DNA from: Cryomorphaceae bacterium
Lineage (GTDB): Bacteria; Bacteroidota; Bacteroidia; Flavobacteriales; BACL11
Reading direction: 5' to 3'
Length of the DNA: 63,547 bases
Assembly (NCBI GenBank): GCA_949511925.1
Contig: CATEYX010000055.1
Coordinates: forward strand, 1-63,547
Translations under genes and position numbers: made by a program
Shown: positions 18,918 to 29,045 of the stretch, piece after piece
How the letters are laid out: every line of letters starts with the position of its first letter
Numbering within the stretch: position 1 is the stretch's first letter
Notes under the pieces: generated by a model
What the model saw: the letters and a program-made list of their open reading frames with translations, nothing else
Told to the model about the DNA's origin: nothing
Databases searched by the model: none

Positions 18918-20771
18918 TTATAGCAATTCGGAAGTATAACCTTCAACATATTTCAACAGTAATTCCTTAACAATTATTTCATCTTGTATTTTTCTAGCTG
19001 ATTTGATTATTTCAATACAAGAAATCACTTCCTCAAATAGTAATTTAGATTCTCTTGCTTGCATAATTCTAGGATGTTCTGATTGAATAACATCATTCCC
19101 AATCAGTAATTCTTCAAACAATTTCTCTCCAGGACGTAAACCTGTAAATTCAATACTTATATCTCCATCAGGATTTTTATTATCAATTGGTGTTAGTCCA
19201 CTTAAATGTATCATTTTATAAGCCAAATCAATAATCTTAATGGGCTCACCCATATCCAAAACAAAAACATCTCCGCCTTTTGCCATTGCCCCAGTTTGCA
19301 AAACTAATTGTACAGCCTCAGGAATTGTCATAAAATAACGTGAAATATTTCGGTGAGTTACAGTTACCGGACCTCCCTTCTTAATTTGTTTTCGGAATAG
19401 TGGTACAACTGAACCTGCAGAATCCAGCACATTCCCAAACCTTACCATTGAAAAACAAGTGCTACTTTTAACGGAAAAAGCTTGTAAAATAAGTTCAGAA
19501 AATCGCTTTGAAGCCCCCATTACATTAGTAGGGCGAACAGCCTTATCAGTAGAAACCAGCACCATACTATCTACCTTTAACTCATCAGCAACTCTAGCCA
19601 CATTATAAGTCCCAATAATATTATTATACACTCCTGAAATAACATTCATCTCAACCATAGGAACATGCTTGTAAGCCGCAGCATGAAAAATTGTATTGAT
19701 ATTATGTTCGCTAATTATTTTTTTAAGCTGATAATAATTAGTTACAGTACATAAAGATGGTATAATTTTAACACTTTTTAATAATGATGATAATTCCTGA
19801 TGAATTGTATATAAATTAAATTCAGAGTTATCGAGTAATATAATTTTATCAGGAGAAAGACTAATAATTTGTCTTGACAATTCGGACCCAATACTACCAC
19901 CAGCGCCTGTAATTAAAATATTTTTTCGTTTTATATTTCTTTCAAGTAATTTTTGTTTTGGAGCAACTGGACTTCTACCTAAAATATCAGCAACTCCAAC
20001 ATGTTTAATGCTATCAATTGAGACTACACCATCTACTATATTATCCATTGAAGGCAGTACCTTGACCTCTATAGGAAACTTTGTAAGTTTCTGTAATATT
20101 TGCGTTCTTTGTTTATGTGATGCTGACGGCACTGCAAATAATAAAATCTTTGCCTCATTAATTTTTATTAATTCTTCAATTTTATCAAAAGGAAAAACCT
20201 CTAAAAAATTTAAAATAGTACCCTGCTTTGATTTATCATCATCAATAAATGCAATTGGCGCATAGATAGTGCTTTTCTTTAAACTCTCTACTAATTGAAC
20301 CCCAGCATTACCAGCTCCATAAATTATTGTTTGTTTCCTCGAATTAACAAAGCTATCCCAAGAATATAAATAACCTTTAAATAAAAACCTGGTGCTTATT
20401 ACAAAAAAATTAATGATGAACCAGAAAATAGGCAAAACAGATCTAGGTAAGCTAGACTCTCTAAAAAACATCATCAAGAACCCAATAATCAAACAACTAA
20501 TTGTGGTAGCTTGAAATGTTGTGGCAATAACCTTAATACCTATATATTGTAAAACTGACCTATAAAGACCAAGCTTAATAAATAAAGGAATAGTTACAAT
20601 AGGTAAAGCAATAAATATCCATAATGAGTCATAAATATAATCAAATGGAAAAGGTTCTCCTAATCTCAAAACAAAAGCTAACCACAATACAAATAGCAGA
20701 GTACTAATATCTACAAGCAACATAATAAATTGCTTGTAAATCCTCTCAAGATTTTGTAATTTAAGCTTCAT
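18918..20771 (-). CDS. Membrane-anchored UDP-HexNAc 4,6-dehydratase (CapD/PglF/WbpM family)
   Basis: Four N-terminal TM helices and two Rossmann motifs (IYGAGNAG, ITGAGGSIGSEL). Also HAAAYKHVP, STDKAV.PTNVMGASKR and the Polysacc_synt_2 signature. Confidence 0.9.
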   Translation of the reverse strand: MKLKLQNLERIYKQFIMLLVDISTLLFVLWLAFVLRLGEPFPFDYIYDSLWIFIALPIVTIPLFIKLGLYRSVLQYIGIKVIATTFQATTISCLIIGFLMMFFRESSLPRSVLPIFWFIINFFVISTRFLFKGYLYSWDSFVNSRKQTIIYGAGNAGVQLVESLKKSTIYAPIAFIDDDKSKQGTILNFLEVFPFDKIEELIKINEAKILLFAVPSASHKQRTQILQKLTKFPIEVKVLPSMDNIVDGVVSIDSIKHVGVADILGRSPVAPKQKLLERNIKRKNILITGAGGSIGSELSRQIISLSPDKIILLDNSEFNLYTIHQELSSLLKSVKIIPSLCTVTNYYQLKKIISEHNINTIFHAAAYKHVPMVEMNVISGVYNNIIGTYNVARVADELKVDSMVLVSTDKAVRPTNVMGASKRFSELILQAFSVKSSTCFSMVRFGNVLDSAGSVVPLFRKQIKKGGPVTVTHRNISRYFMTIPEAVQLVLQTGAMAKGGDVFVLDMGEPIKIIDLAYKMIHLSGLTPIDNKNPDGDISIEFTGLRPGEKLFEELLIGNDVIQSEHPRIMQARESKLLFEEVISCIEIIKSARKIQDEIIVKELLLKYVEGYTSELL

Positions 20772-21894
20772 ATAATTCCTTTATTTCACTAACTACTCTT
20801 TCCAAATCTGCAATTGACATATTGGTTCCTGAGGGCAAGCATAAACCTCTATTAAATAAATCTTCCGAAACACCATTCACATAAGATTTGTATTCTTTAA
20901 AAACGGGCTGTAAATGCATTGGTTTCCAAAGTGGTCTGCTTTCAATATTCTCTTTTTCCAGATGTAAACGCAATTGCTCTCTATCTATTGTTGAATTTTC
21001 TGACAAAAGAATAGTAGTCAGCCAAAAATTAGAATAACTATCCTCATTTTCATCTAAAAAACTAATTTCTTTAATAGCAGATAATTGCTCCTTATAAAAT
21101 AATTTAATTGCTCTCTTTTGATGTATTCTTTCTTCTAAAACTTCTAATTGCCCAAGACCTATTGCTGCACAAATATTACTCATTCTATAATTATAGCCTA
21201 TTTCAGAATGTTCATAATGAGGTTTGTCATCACGAGCTTGAGTAGCTAAGAATTTTGCTTTTTCAACCAAAGCCTTATCCTTACAAAATAAAGCCCCACC
21301 GCCAGAAGTTGTGATAATCTTATTACCATTAAATGAATAGACGCCAAATGCCCCAAATGTTCCTAAAGGTTTATTTTTGTAAGTCGATCCAAGAGCCTCA
21401 GCAGCATCCTCAATCACAGGAATATCATACTTAGTAGCAATTTGCATTATTTCATTCATTTTAGCAGGCATCCCATAAAGATGAACTAACATAATTGCCT
21501 TTGGTTTTTCACTTTCCAAAATACAATCCTCAATTGCTTTTTCCAATAAAACTGGACACATATTCCAACTATCAATATCACTATCAATAAAGACAGGACT
21601 TGCTCCTACATATGCAATCGGATTTGCTGAAGCTGAAAAAGTAAATGAGGAGCATAATACTCTATCTCCTTTTTTTACGCCTAATAAAATTAATGCTAAA
21701 TGCAAGGAAGCCGTACCACTACTAAGTGCAGCCACCTCAAAACCATTAGAAAGAGTAGACAGTTCTTTTTCAAAACTAGAAATGTGAGGACCTGCTGGAG
21801 CAATCCAATTTGCTTCAAAAGCGTTTTGCACATGCTTCAGCTCATCACCCCCCATATGAGGAGAGGATAACCATATTTTTTTCTTTTCAATCAA
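20761..21894 (-). CDS. DegT/DnrJ/EryC1/StrS-family PLP aminotransferase (PglE/WbpE-like sugar aminotransferase)
   Basis: LSSPHMGGDELK, SGTASLHLAL and YSFNGNKIITTSGGGAL (PLP lysine). TTG start at 21894, 2 nt after the upstream stop; there is no upstream ATG. Confidence 0.9.
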   Translation of the reverse strand: MIEKKKIWLSSPHMGGDELKHVQNAFEANWIAPAGPHISSFEKELSTLSNGFEVAALSSGTASLHLALILLGVKKGDRVLCSSFTFSASANPIAYVGASPVFIDSDIDSWNMCPVLLEKAIEDCILESEKPKAIMLVHLYGMPAKMNEIMQIATKYDIPVIEDAAEALGSTYKNKPLGTFGAFGVYSFNGNKIITTSGGGALFCKDKALVEKAKFLATQARDDKPHYEHSEIGYNYRMSNICAAIGLGQLEVLEERIHQKRAIKLFYKEQLSAIKEISFLDENEDSYSNFWLTTILLSENSTIDREQLRLHLEKENIESRPLWKPMHLQPVFKEYKSYVNGVSEDLFNRGLCLPSGTNMSIADLERVVSEIKELYEA

Positions 21895-21895
21895 A

Positions 21896-22480
21896 TCAAT
21901 AATTCACTCTAAATATAGTGGCAAATATAATTTTTATGTCAATCCAAAGGTTATTATTATGGTAATAATCAAGATTTAATCTTACTTTATCAGGATAAAT
22001 TACTTCATCATTAAATTTAAGTGGTTTATCCTGTGTTGCTAAAACATCCTCTTCATTATAATATTTCAAACTAGCAACACCAGTAATACCAGGTCGTAAC
22101 TCAAGTATTTTTCTATCTTCTCCTATTAAATTATCTGCATAACCGCAAACATCAGGCCTAGGCCCAACAAGACTCATATCACCTTTTAATACATTCCATA
22201 ATTCAGGAAGTTCATCCAATTTTAACTTTCTTAAAAAAGCACCAATCTTTGTAATTCTGACATCACCTTTAACAGAGATATTACTAGTAGAGTTTTGAAT
22301 TACGTACATAGATCTAAACTTTATCATTTGAAATATCTTACCATTTTTCCCTATTCGTTTTTGCACAAAAAAAACTGGGCCAACAGAAGATATCTTAACC
22401 AAAAGGGATACAATAATAAAAATAGGAACTAAAACTATTAGTCCAATTAATGATGTAATAAAGTCAAATAGCCTTTTCAT
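21896..22480 (-). CDS. Small polyprenyl-phosphate sugar-1-phosphate transferase (PglC/WecA-independent 'Bac_transf' type)
   Basis: MKRLFDFITSLIGLIVL...GPVFFVQKRIGKNGKIF.MIKFRSM...DELPELWNVLKGDMSLVGPRP. Confidence 0.9.
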   Translation of the reverse strand: MKRLFDFITSLIGLIVLVPIFIIVSLLVKISSVGPVFFVQKRIGKNGKIFQMIKFRSMYVIQNSTSNISVKGDVRITKIGAFLRKLKLDELPELWNVLKGDMSLVGPRPDVCGYADNLIGEDRKILELRPGITGVASLKYYNEEDVLATQDKPLKFNDEVIYPDKVRLNLDYYHNNNLWIDIKIIFATIFRVNY

Positions 22481-23229
22481 TAGATTCGTCTTATAATTGC
22501 ATTAAAAGCATAATTTAAAAAGCACCAAATACTATAAAAAAAAGATAGCTTTTCAAACTGTCGATAGACCTTCCAAACATCCTTTGCTGCACGCCATTTA
22601 TTAGCAGTATTAGAAGTTGAAACAATCCTGTACTTTGCCAAACTCTCATTTAATCCGTAAGCATCAAATCCTCTTTTCATTATCAACAACCATAAAGCCA
22701 TATCATGGGAAGATTTTATAATTGGCATTTCAAAGTCCCCTACCTTTTCTTTATCAATGACAACTGTCAAACAACCAATAATTGTATTTTTCAAATAACC
22801 AAAATAATCAATCTTATTTGGAGCTTTAATCTCAGCGAAAGAGACTGATCCATCTTCTGACATTGGGGTATATGAAGTAAAAGAAAATGCAATATCTTCC
22901 TTCTCCATAAACTTGATTTGCTTTTCCAACTTATCCCCCCTCCAAATATCATCAGAGTCTAAAAAGGCAATATATCGACCCTTAGCGTTTCTTATGGCAA
23001 TATTTCTAGCCTTTGCAGCTCCAATATTATCACCCAAGAATGTTACTCTAATCCTCTCATCTTTTTTTTCAAGATTAAGAAGTAATTCTTTAGAATTATC
23101 ATCTGAACAATCATCAACTATTAATAATTCCCAGTTAGAATAGGATTGTAATAAAATAGAATTCACACACTCCTCAATGAACTTTGAAGAATTATAAAAA
23201 GGCGTTATTATGGAAACTAAATTATTCAT
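22480..23229 (-). CDS. Family-2 glycosyltransferase
   Basis: VSIITPFYNSSKFIEECVNSILLQSY.NWELLIVDDCSDD...ARN......G.YIAFLDSDD, the canonical GT2 motifs. Confidence 0.9.
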   Translation of the reverse strand: MNNLVSIITPFYNSSKFIEECVNSILLQSYSNWELLIVDDCSDDNSKELLLNLEKKDERIRVTFLGDNIGAAKARNIAIRNAKGRYIAFLDSDDIWRGDKLEKQIKFMEKEDIAFSFTSYTPMSEDGSVSFAEIKAPNKIDYFGYLKNTIIGCLTVVIDKEKVGDFEMPIIKSSHDMALWLLIMKRGFDAYGLNESLAKYRIVSTSNTANKWRAAKDVWKVYRQFEKLSFFYSIWCFLNYAFNAIIRRI

Positions 23230-23719
23230 CTTTACTTAATCTGTAAATACCAAGAAACATACTCTTATATACTTTTGAAATTAAAATATATCCAGCTTTT
23301 TTGATACCACTCAAACTTGCACTATTATCACTTCTTGATCCAACCCAAACGGCATTATCAGCATACTCTTCAGCAATAATAGATAAAGCAAAAGGATACA
23401 ATTGATTACCTCTAAATAAAGGATCCGTATAGCAGTTAGCAATTTGAATATCTTCTTTTCTCATAAAAGAATACTTAAATATTTTTGGTAAGACATTTGA
23501 AAAATGAACCATTTTTTGATTTTCAAAAATATAAAATATTTTATACCTCCCAAAAGTAAATATATACCAAAATATATATATTATTAAAGATCCTTCATGT
23601 AGTTTTAAATTAAACAAAGATGGCTTAAAAAAATTATACTTAAATCTTGCATCAATCTCAATTAATACTGATTTTTCATATTTATAAAATAGAAAAACTG
23701 GTTTAGATTGCTTAGTCAT
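23222..23719 (-). CDS. Hypothetical protein, possibly a small GNAT-like acyltransferase
   Basis: CYTDPLFRGNQLYPFALSIIAEEY...IKKAGY resembles a degenerate GNAT motif A region. 8-nt overlaps with both neighbouring genes. Confidence 0.35.
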   Translation of the reverse strand: MTKQSKPVFLFYKYEKSVLIEIDARFKYNFFKPSLFNLKLHEGSLIIYIFWYIFTFGRYKIFYIFENQKMVHFSNVLPKIFKYSFMRKEDIQIANCYTDPLFRGNQLYPFALSIIAEEYADNAVWVGSRSDNSASLSGIKKAGYILISKVYKSMFLGIYRLSKDE

Positions 23720-24521
23720 AACTCCTTCTTATTTTTTCTTGACTAACTAAAATATTTAGTTTTATAAATAGCCCAAAATTAAGCGACTTTAATATTACCC
23801 TAAAAGGATAGATAACTCTAACAAGAAAACCCACAGGCTTATTGTAAACAATATTAAGCTTGCAATATGCTTTTCTAAATTTAAACTTCTGAATCAGAAA
23901 AGATTGAATATTGGTTTCATGAGAGATACTTCTTGCCCCATCATTAACATATTTGAAATTCTTCTCTTTTAAATAATACTGGTTCATAGTATAAAAAAGA
24001 GCATAACTAGGATACAACTTTAAATATTCTGGATGAAATTTAATAGTTGAATAGTCACAGTAATCATTAATCACTTTATTTTGGCAATACCCAATCATTT
24101 TCCCTTCATTATAAATTCCCCAGAACTCCCAAGTACTATCTAAAGAATCTAACTCATCTTTAAATTGAGGCAAAGTATTTGGCACAAGGTGAGTGTTGTA
24201 TCGTAAAAAAGCAGCCTTATAACACTCAAAACCAAACTCTTTCACCTCACATCTATCAATCATTCGTACTTCACACTTCTTAAGCCCTCTTCTAATTTGA
24301 TTTCTTGTATTTTTACTATAAGAGGCGATATCCAAAACTTCATCACAAATAACATACCAAAATTCAGTTTCTTCACGACAATCAAAATTAGTTGTCCACC
24401 TTGCAAAAAAAGCTCCTTCCTTATCAATATTTCTTAACACTTCAGTAGCATCTATAGACACCTCAACATGAGGTGGATGTTTAGGTATTAAAGCTCCATT
24501 ATACTTTCTCCATTTAAGCAT
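23712..24521 (-). CDS. Hypothetical protein, FemAB-like/Acetyltransf_6-type (GNAT-fold) acyl- or aminoacyl-transferase candidate
   Basis: SKNTRNQIRRGLKK...G.Y..GKMIGY........YS.IKF.PEYLKLYPSYALFYTMNQYYL...YVNDGARSISHETNIQSFLIQKFKFRKAY follows the motif order of FemABX/BioF2-like acetyltransferases. Confidence 0.45.
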   Translation of the reverse strand: MLKWRKYNGALIPKHPPHVEVSIDATEVLRNIDKEGAFFARWTTNFDCREETEFWYVICDEVLDIASYSKNTRNQIRRGLKKCEVRMIDRCEVKEFGFECYKAAFLRYNTHLVPNTLPQFKDELDSLDSTWEFWGIYNEGKMIGYCQNKVINDYCDYSTIKFHPEYLKLYPSYALFYTMNQYYLKEKNFKYVNDGARSISHETNIQSFLIQKFKFRKAYCKLNIVYNKPVGFLVRVIYPFRVILKSLNFGLFIKLNILVSQEKIRRSYD

Positions 24522-24522
24522 C

Positions 24523-25254
24523 CTAATATATTTTATGAATAAGGTACGTCAAAATATCAAATTGAGTATTTTTAAAATGATAATAAAGCATTTGTATAAA
24601 AGTTAAACTACTTCTTTTTTCATCAATTTGAATTCCAAAATTTTTAATTCTTTTTTTTGCTAATCCTTCCCATTTTCCCTTAATTACTCCATTAACAAAT
24701 GGAATAATATTTTTTCTAGTGGAATAGAAATTATTATATTTCTGAGACCTTAAATTCCCTACCTTTTCAAATTCCCAAGCATTTTCATTTTTTTCAAGCA
24801 AATCAAGTAGAACTTCTTTCTTCCAAAAAGACCAAACAGTAGAATTTCTATATTTAGTAGCACTATTCTTCTTGAATAAGTCTTTCCTAATTCTTTTTCC
24901 TAATGAAATCGATCTATAGAACTGCAAATAATTAAAATCGTTCTCAATAGCATGAAACATTAATTCTTCAATTTTAGTATTATCTACTTTAGCAGTAAGA
25001 AAGAGATCATCAAAAGTTAAAAATATATATTTCTCATCTATTTTATTTAAGCTTTTAATTAAATTATCAGACCATGACAATTCATCACCAATTTTTAAAG
25101 CAGTGAAAAGTTCACCACTAAATTCTTTATGATTAGTTGCTAGATAAATAGGAACATTAATATCTGACCAAAATTTATCATACGTCTTTTCTAGAGGAAA
25201 CCAAAGATCCTCAGAAGAATCAAAAGTTGATATTAGAAGTGCGATATTATTCAT
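24523..25254 (-). CDS. Hypothetical protein, possibly a GT-A-like glycosyltransferase
   Basis: IALLISTFDSSEDLW at the N-terminus and IFLTFDDLF (DxD-like). Sits in a glycan-locus context. I recognise no clear family. Confidence 0.3.
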   Translation of the reverse strand: MNNIALLISTFDSSEDLWFPLEKTYDKFWSDINVPIYLATNHKEFSGELFTALKIGDELSWSDNLIKSLNKIDEKYIFLTFDDLFLTAKVDNTKIEELMFHAIENDFNYLQFYRSISLGKRIRKDLFKKNSATKYRNSTVWSFWKKEVLLDLLEKNENAWEFEKVGNLRSQKYNNFYSTRKNIIPFVNGVIKGKWEGLAKKRIKNFGIQIDEKRSSLTFIQMLYYHFKNTQFDILTYLIHKIY

Positions 25255-26455
25255 TCTCAGAATAAATTAAAGGTTTAGGAATAATAATAAAAGATATAAT
25301 TACAAAAAGTAACCTGGAATCATTTAACATTCCACTAACTAGAGAATTAAGAAAAAAGAATAACAATAAATAAAATAACAGAGGATATAATGAAGTTTTA
25401 TCATTTTGAAATTTTATCATTTTTTTATAACTCAAATTCAATACAAAAAGCAATAATAATAATAATAATAATAAAGTTTGAATACCATATTCACAAGCAA
25501 CTTCTAATAATAAATTATGAGGGTATTCTAAGGGCATCATATGGGTTGGTCTAATTTCATTGGATAAAGCTTGCCAATTACCCGCCCCAACTCCTAAAGG
25601 ATAATTTTGTAAGAGAATAAATGATCCAATGGCTAAATTTGTTCTTGTACTTGTTGATTGCTTGCTACCTCCTTTCTTTGAAACATTCATAAATACTCTC
25701 TCAAACCCCACAACCTTTGATATTTTATTTCCAACTCCCGGAAATAATAGTAAAGAAAATAATAATAAAAATACAAAACCTATTTTAACAATTACTTTGT
25801 TAAAGTTTAAAATTACAAAAATAAAACCTGTAAGAAACAAAGCTAATATCGGCCCTCTACTTCCACTAGCTAAGGCCAAAATGAAAAATAAGACTATAAC
25901 AAGATACTTATAAAATCCTTTAATCCTAATTGGCAAAAACAAAAGAGACAAGATACCAAATCCCATCCACCTTGCAAAAACAATAGGACCACCCCCAAGT
26001 GCAGCCATACGACCATCATCCCTAGCAGATATTGACAATCCAACTGATGAAAGTAGAGCTAAAAAACAACTTACTCCTAAAAGAATATAAAATGTCTTTA
26101 GCACATCAACTCTATTGTATTTTTCAATTATAATAATTGAAACTGGTACAATAATAAGCCAAAAGTTGATGAACTTTTCAAACCCAAATTCCGTAATATC
26201 AAAAATAAGCCACAACATAGGACCAGTAATCAAAACTAATAAATAGAAAGAATAAAGTAAAATTTTAGATTTTGAAAATACTGTCTTTTTGATAGAGGAA
26301 AACAATATTAATACTGATATTAAATACACAACACTAACAATTACTACTAAATTAATACCCGCAATTACTAATCTATCATCATAAACTCTGCCTATAGCTA
26401 AAAGAGCGCAAGCTGAAAACATAAATGCCCAAGAAAAAAATGCGTTACCTTTCAT
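25247..26455 (-). CDS. Wzy_C-domain membrane protein (second O-antigen polymerase or WaaL-like ligase)
   Basis: About 11 TM helices with an LASGSRGPILALFLTGF motif and a periplasmic loop. Contains a poly-Leu tract encoded by a trinucleotide repeat. Confidence 0.65.
   Translation of the reverse strand: MKGNAFFSWAFMFSACALLAIGRVYDDRLVIAGINLVVIVSVVYLISVLILFSSIKKTVFSKSKILLYSFYLLVLITGPMLWLIFDITEFGFEKFINFWLIIVPVSIIIIEKYNRVDVLKTFYILLGVSCFLALLSSVGLSISARDDGRMAALGGGPIVFARWMGFGILSLLFLPIRIKGFYKYLVIVLFFILALASGSRGPILALFLTGFIFVILNFNKVIVKIGFVFLLLFSLLLFPGVGNKISKVVGFERVFMNVSKKGGSKQSTSTRTNLAIGSFILLQNYPLGVGAGNWQALSNEIRPTHMMPLEYPHNLLLEVACEYGIQTLLLLLLLLLFVLNLSYKKMIKFQNDKTSLYPLLFYLLLFFFLNSLVSGMLNDSRLLFVIISFIIIPKPLIYSENE
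25452..25472. repeat. (AAT)7 trinucleotide microsatellite inside the Wzy_C-domain gene
   Basis: Seven perfect aat units on the plus strand. On the minus strand they encode part of the LLLLLLLLL tract. Confidence 0.9.
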
Positions 26456-27716
26456 ATTGAATATATTTAAAATACGAATAAATTGAAAGAATTACAGATA
26501 CTGCTGAAGATATATACATCAACAGAAATGAACCTTCTTTTGAAGTATATAAATTAAAATTTGAAAATACTATAGCAAAAACTATACTCAACAAGAAAAA
26601 GATTACCATTCCTAATCTAATATTTTTTGTTTTTTCTATTGACAAACTAAGAAAAGGTTGAAACAATATTGTTGAAAGAAACAACAATAAGAAAGCAAAA
26701 CTTAACTCATATAAGTAGGAGGAAGTTTGTTCTACATCAGAAATGTTAAAGGCACCTCTTAAATAGACAAATTTAACAATATCAGTACTGTAAAAATACA
26801 AAGCTAAAACCATAAGTAAACCTACGAAAATAGATATGAATAAAGAATACATCATTAATATAGTACTCTTTTTGATTGTAATTTTTCTTAACAAAAGAGT
26901 ACTTACATTACCAATAACAGCTGTTAATAACGAATTAAGCAGAACAACAGCATACATAAAGAACGTTATATCATTAGAGCCATCAGCACCTGCCATAAAA
27001 CGGGAGGAAATAATAATAATATTTGCAAAATTACCAAGAATAAGAGTAGATAAATTAAAATCAGAATGATTTAACCTAATTTCTAAGCCAGAACTCTCCT
27101 TTCTTAATGGTCTCACAAAGGAAAAATACATGCTGAATATCCCAACTAGCCGACTTAATGCTAAACCAATAACAGAACTAAAACTAATCAACGGATAAAC
27201 TAAAAAAGTAAATACTACTGAATTAGTTACTGAAGCTGAAGAATATTTAAAAAACAAACCTCTTGCTTGAAAAATAGTAAGAAATATAGTATTTATGAAA
27301 TTAAAACAAATACTAAAACTTAACACAAGAGATACACCAAAAAACAATAAATTACTCTCTAGGTTCAGGTAAAAGATAACTGCCGTTTGGATAAACTGAC
27401 TAATAAAAAATAAATAAATAGATGATCTATTTGAGAACCTAAATACCTCAGTCAATGAAACCTCATTATTCTTTTCATAAAACTTTGTGAATTTCGGAAG
27501 CAAATTAGCCTTTAATGCGTTTCCTGCTGTTACTTGTGAAAAGAAATCAGCTACTACTCTCAATAACAGAAAGTTTGCATATAAAATGGAAGACCCAAGA
27601 AAGAAAGCAATTACTAATTCTCTTATTAAACCAAGAACTTTTTGGAAAATATTAGTGAAAAATAGATTTGAAAAATCTTTTAGCAATTGAGAACCAAAAA
27701 AATTCTTTAGACGCAT
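26445..27716 (-). CDS. Second MOP-superfamily flippase (MurJ/MviN-like or Wzx-like)
   Basis: 423 aa and polytopic. The N-terminus NIFQKVLGLIRELVIAFFLGSS resembles the MurJ/MviN N-terminus. Confidence 0.6.
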   Translation of the reverse strand: MRLKNFFGSQLLKDFSNLFFTNIFQKVLGLIRELVIAFFLGSSILYANFLLLRVVADFFSQVTAGNALKANLLPKFTKFYEKNNEVSLTEVFRFSNRSSIYLFFISQFIQTAVIFYLNLESNLLFFGVSLVLSFSICFNFINTIFLTIFQARGLFFKYSSASVTNSVVFTFLVYPLISFSSVIGLALSRLVGIFSMYFSFVRPLRKESSGLEIRLNHSDFNLSTLILGNFANIIIISSRFMAGADGSNDITFFMYAVVLLNSLLTAVIGNVSTLLLRKITIKKSTILMMYSLFISIFVGLLMVLALYFYSTDIVKFVYLRGAFNISDVEQTSSYLYELSFAFLLLFLSTILFQPFLSLSIEKTKNIRLGMVIFFLLSIVFAIVFSNFNLYTSKEGSFLLMYISSAVSVILSIYSYFKYIQYER

Positions 27717-27721
27717 ATATG

Positions 27722-29044
27722 TTATGCTTTTACACCAATCTGAATATACTTAAAACCATTACCTTCAATAAATTCTTTTTTAAACTGATTTCTACCATCG
27801 ATAAATAAATTCCCATTCATTTTGGATTTAATTAGATCAAAATCTGGACTTCTAAATTCTTTCCATTCAGTCACTAATATTAATACATCAGCACCTTCTA
27901 AAACTGAATACTTATCATTACAATAGTTAACTTTTATATCTTTTAAATAAAATCTTGCTTCATCCATTGATTTGGGGTCATAAGCACTTACTTCTCCACC
28001 AGCTTTTACTATTGATTGAATTAAATTAATTGATGGTGCTTCTCTCATGTCATCAGTCTCAGGCTTAAAAGACAAACCCCATACAGCAATTTTTTTTCCA
28101 TGCAAATCATCTCCAAATTGACTAACTAATTTAGAGAATAAGACTTTTTTCTGAGCTTTATTTACTCGTTCAACAGATGATATCAATTCAGGATTATACC
28201 CATGATCATTAGCAATATTAACTAAAGCCTGAACATCTTTTGGAAAACAACTTCCACCATAACCACAGCCAGGGTAAATAAATTGGTAACCAATTCTCTT
28301 ATCACTTCCAATACCGTTACGAACATGATTCACATCAGCACCAACACTTTCACAAATATTTGCTATCTCATTAATAAATGAAATTTTAGTAGCTAACATA
28401 GCATTAGCAGCATATTTAGTCATCTCTGCTGAACGAATATCCATACCTATAAACCTATCATTACTAAAAGTAAAAGGATCATATAGGTTACGCATAAGCT
28501 GCATAGCATTTTTGTCATCAGCACCAACTACTACCCTATCAGGGTGCATAAAATCCTTAATAGCAGCACCTTCCTTTAAGAATTCAGGATTAGACACAAC
28601 ATTAAAATTTAAAGATGAATCCCTTACGTCTAATGCAGATTGAATTTTTTCTTTAACCTTATCAGCTGTCCCTACAGGCACAGTTGATTTATCAACTATC
28701 ACTAAATGATGTTGCATATTTTCTCCAATAGACTGAGCAACCTGAAGTACATATTTTAAATCAGCCGATCCATCATCACCCATAGGAGTTCCTACAGCAA
28801 TAAAAACTACTTCTGAAACAGATAAAGCATCATTAATATCAATAGAAAATTTTAAAGAACCCTTAGCGAGATTATCTCTTACTAAAGTAGATAATCCAGG
28901 TTCATAAATTGGAATAACACCATTTTTTAACTTGTCAATTTTAGATTGATCAACATCAACACAGAGAACATCATTCCCCATTTCAGCAAAACATGCAGCA
29001 GCAACTAATCCAACATATCCTGAACCTATGATTCCAACTTTCAT
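27722..29044 (-). CDS. ugd: UDP-glucose 6-dehydrogenase
   Basis: MKVGIIGSGYVGLV, NPEFLKEG and GYGGSCFPKD (catalytic Cys), with the full three-domain layout. Confidence 0.95.
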   Translation of the reverse strand: MKVGIIGSGYVGLVAAACFAEMGNDVLCVDVDQSKIDKLKNGVIPIYEPGLSTLVRDNLAKGSLKFSIDINDALSVSEVVFIAVGTPMGDDGSADLKYVLQVAQSIGENMQHHLVIVDKSTVPVGTADKVKEKIQSALDVRDSSLNFNVVSNPEFLKEGAAIKDFMHPDRVVVGADDKNAMQLMRNLYDPFTFSNDRFIGMDIRSAEMTKYAANAMLATKISFINEIANICESVGADVNHVRNGIGSDKRIGYQFIYPGCGYGGSCFPKDVQALVNIANDHGYNPELISSVERVNKAQKKVLFSKLVSQFGDDLHGKKIAVWGLSFKPETDDMREAPSINLIQSIVKAGGEVSAYDPKSMDEARFYLKDIKVNYCNDKYSVLEGADVLILVTEWKEFRSPDFDLIKSKMNGNLFIDGRNQFKKEFIEGNGFKYIQIGVKA

Positions 29045-29045
29045 A

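Noticed and set aside
20008-27690. Five plus-strand ORFs (67-94 aa) inside the glycan locus (20008-20265, 22913-23143, 25629-25913, 26836-27069, 27487-27690)
   Set aside because: Each lies antisense within a confidently assigned minus-strand gene. None has a motif, and the tight operon leaves no independent intergenic context.
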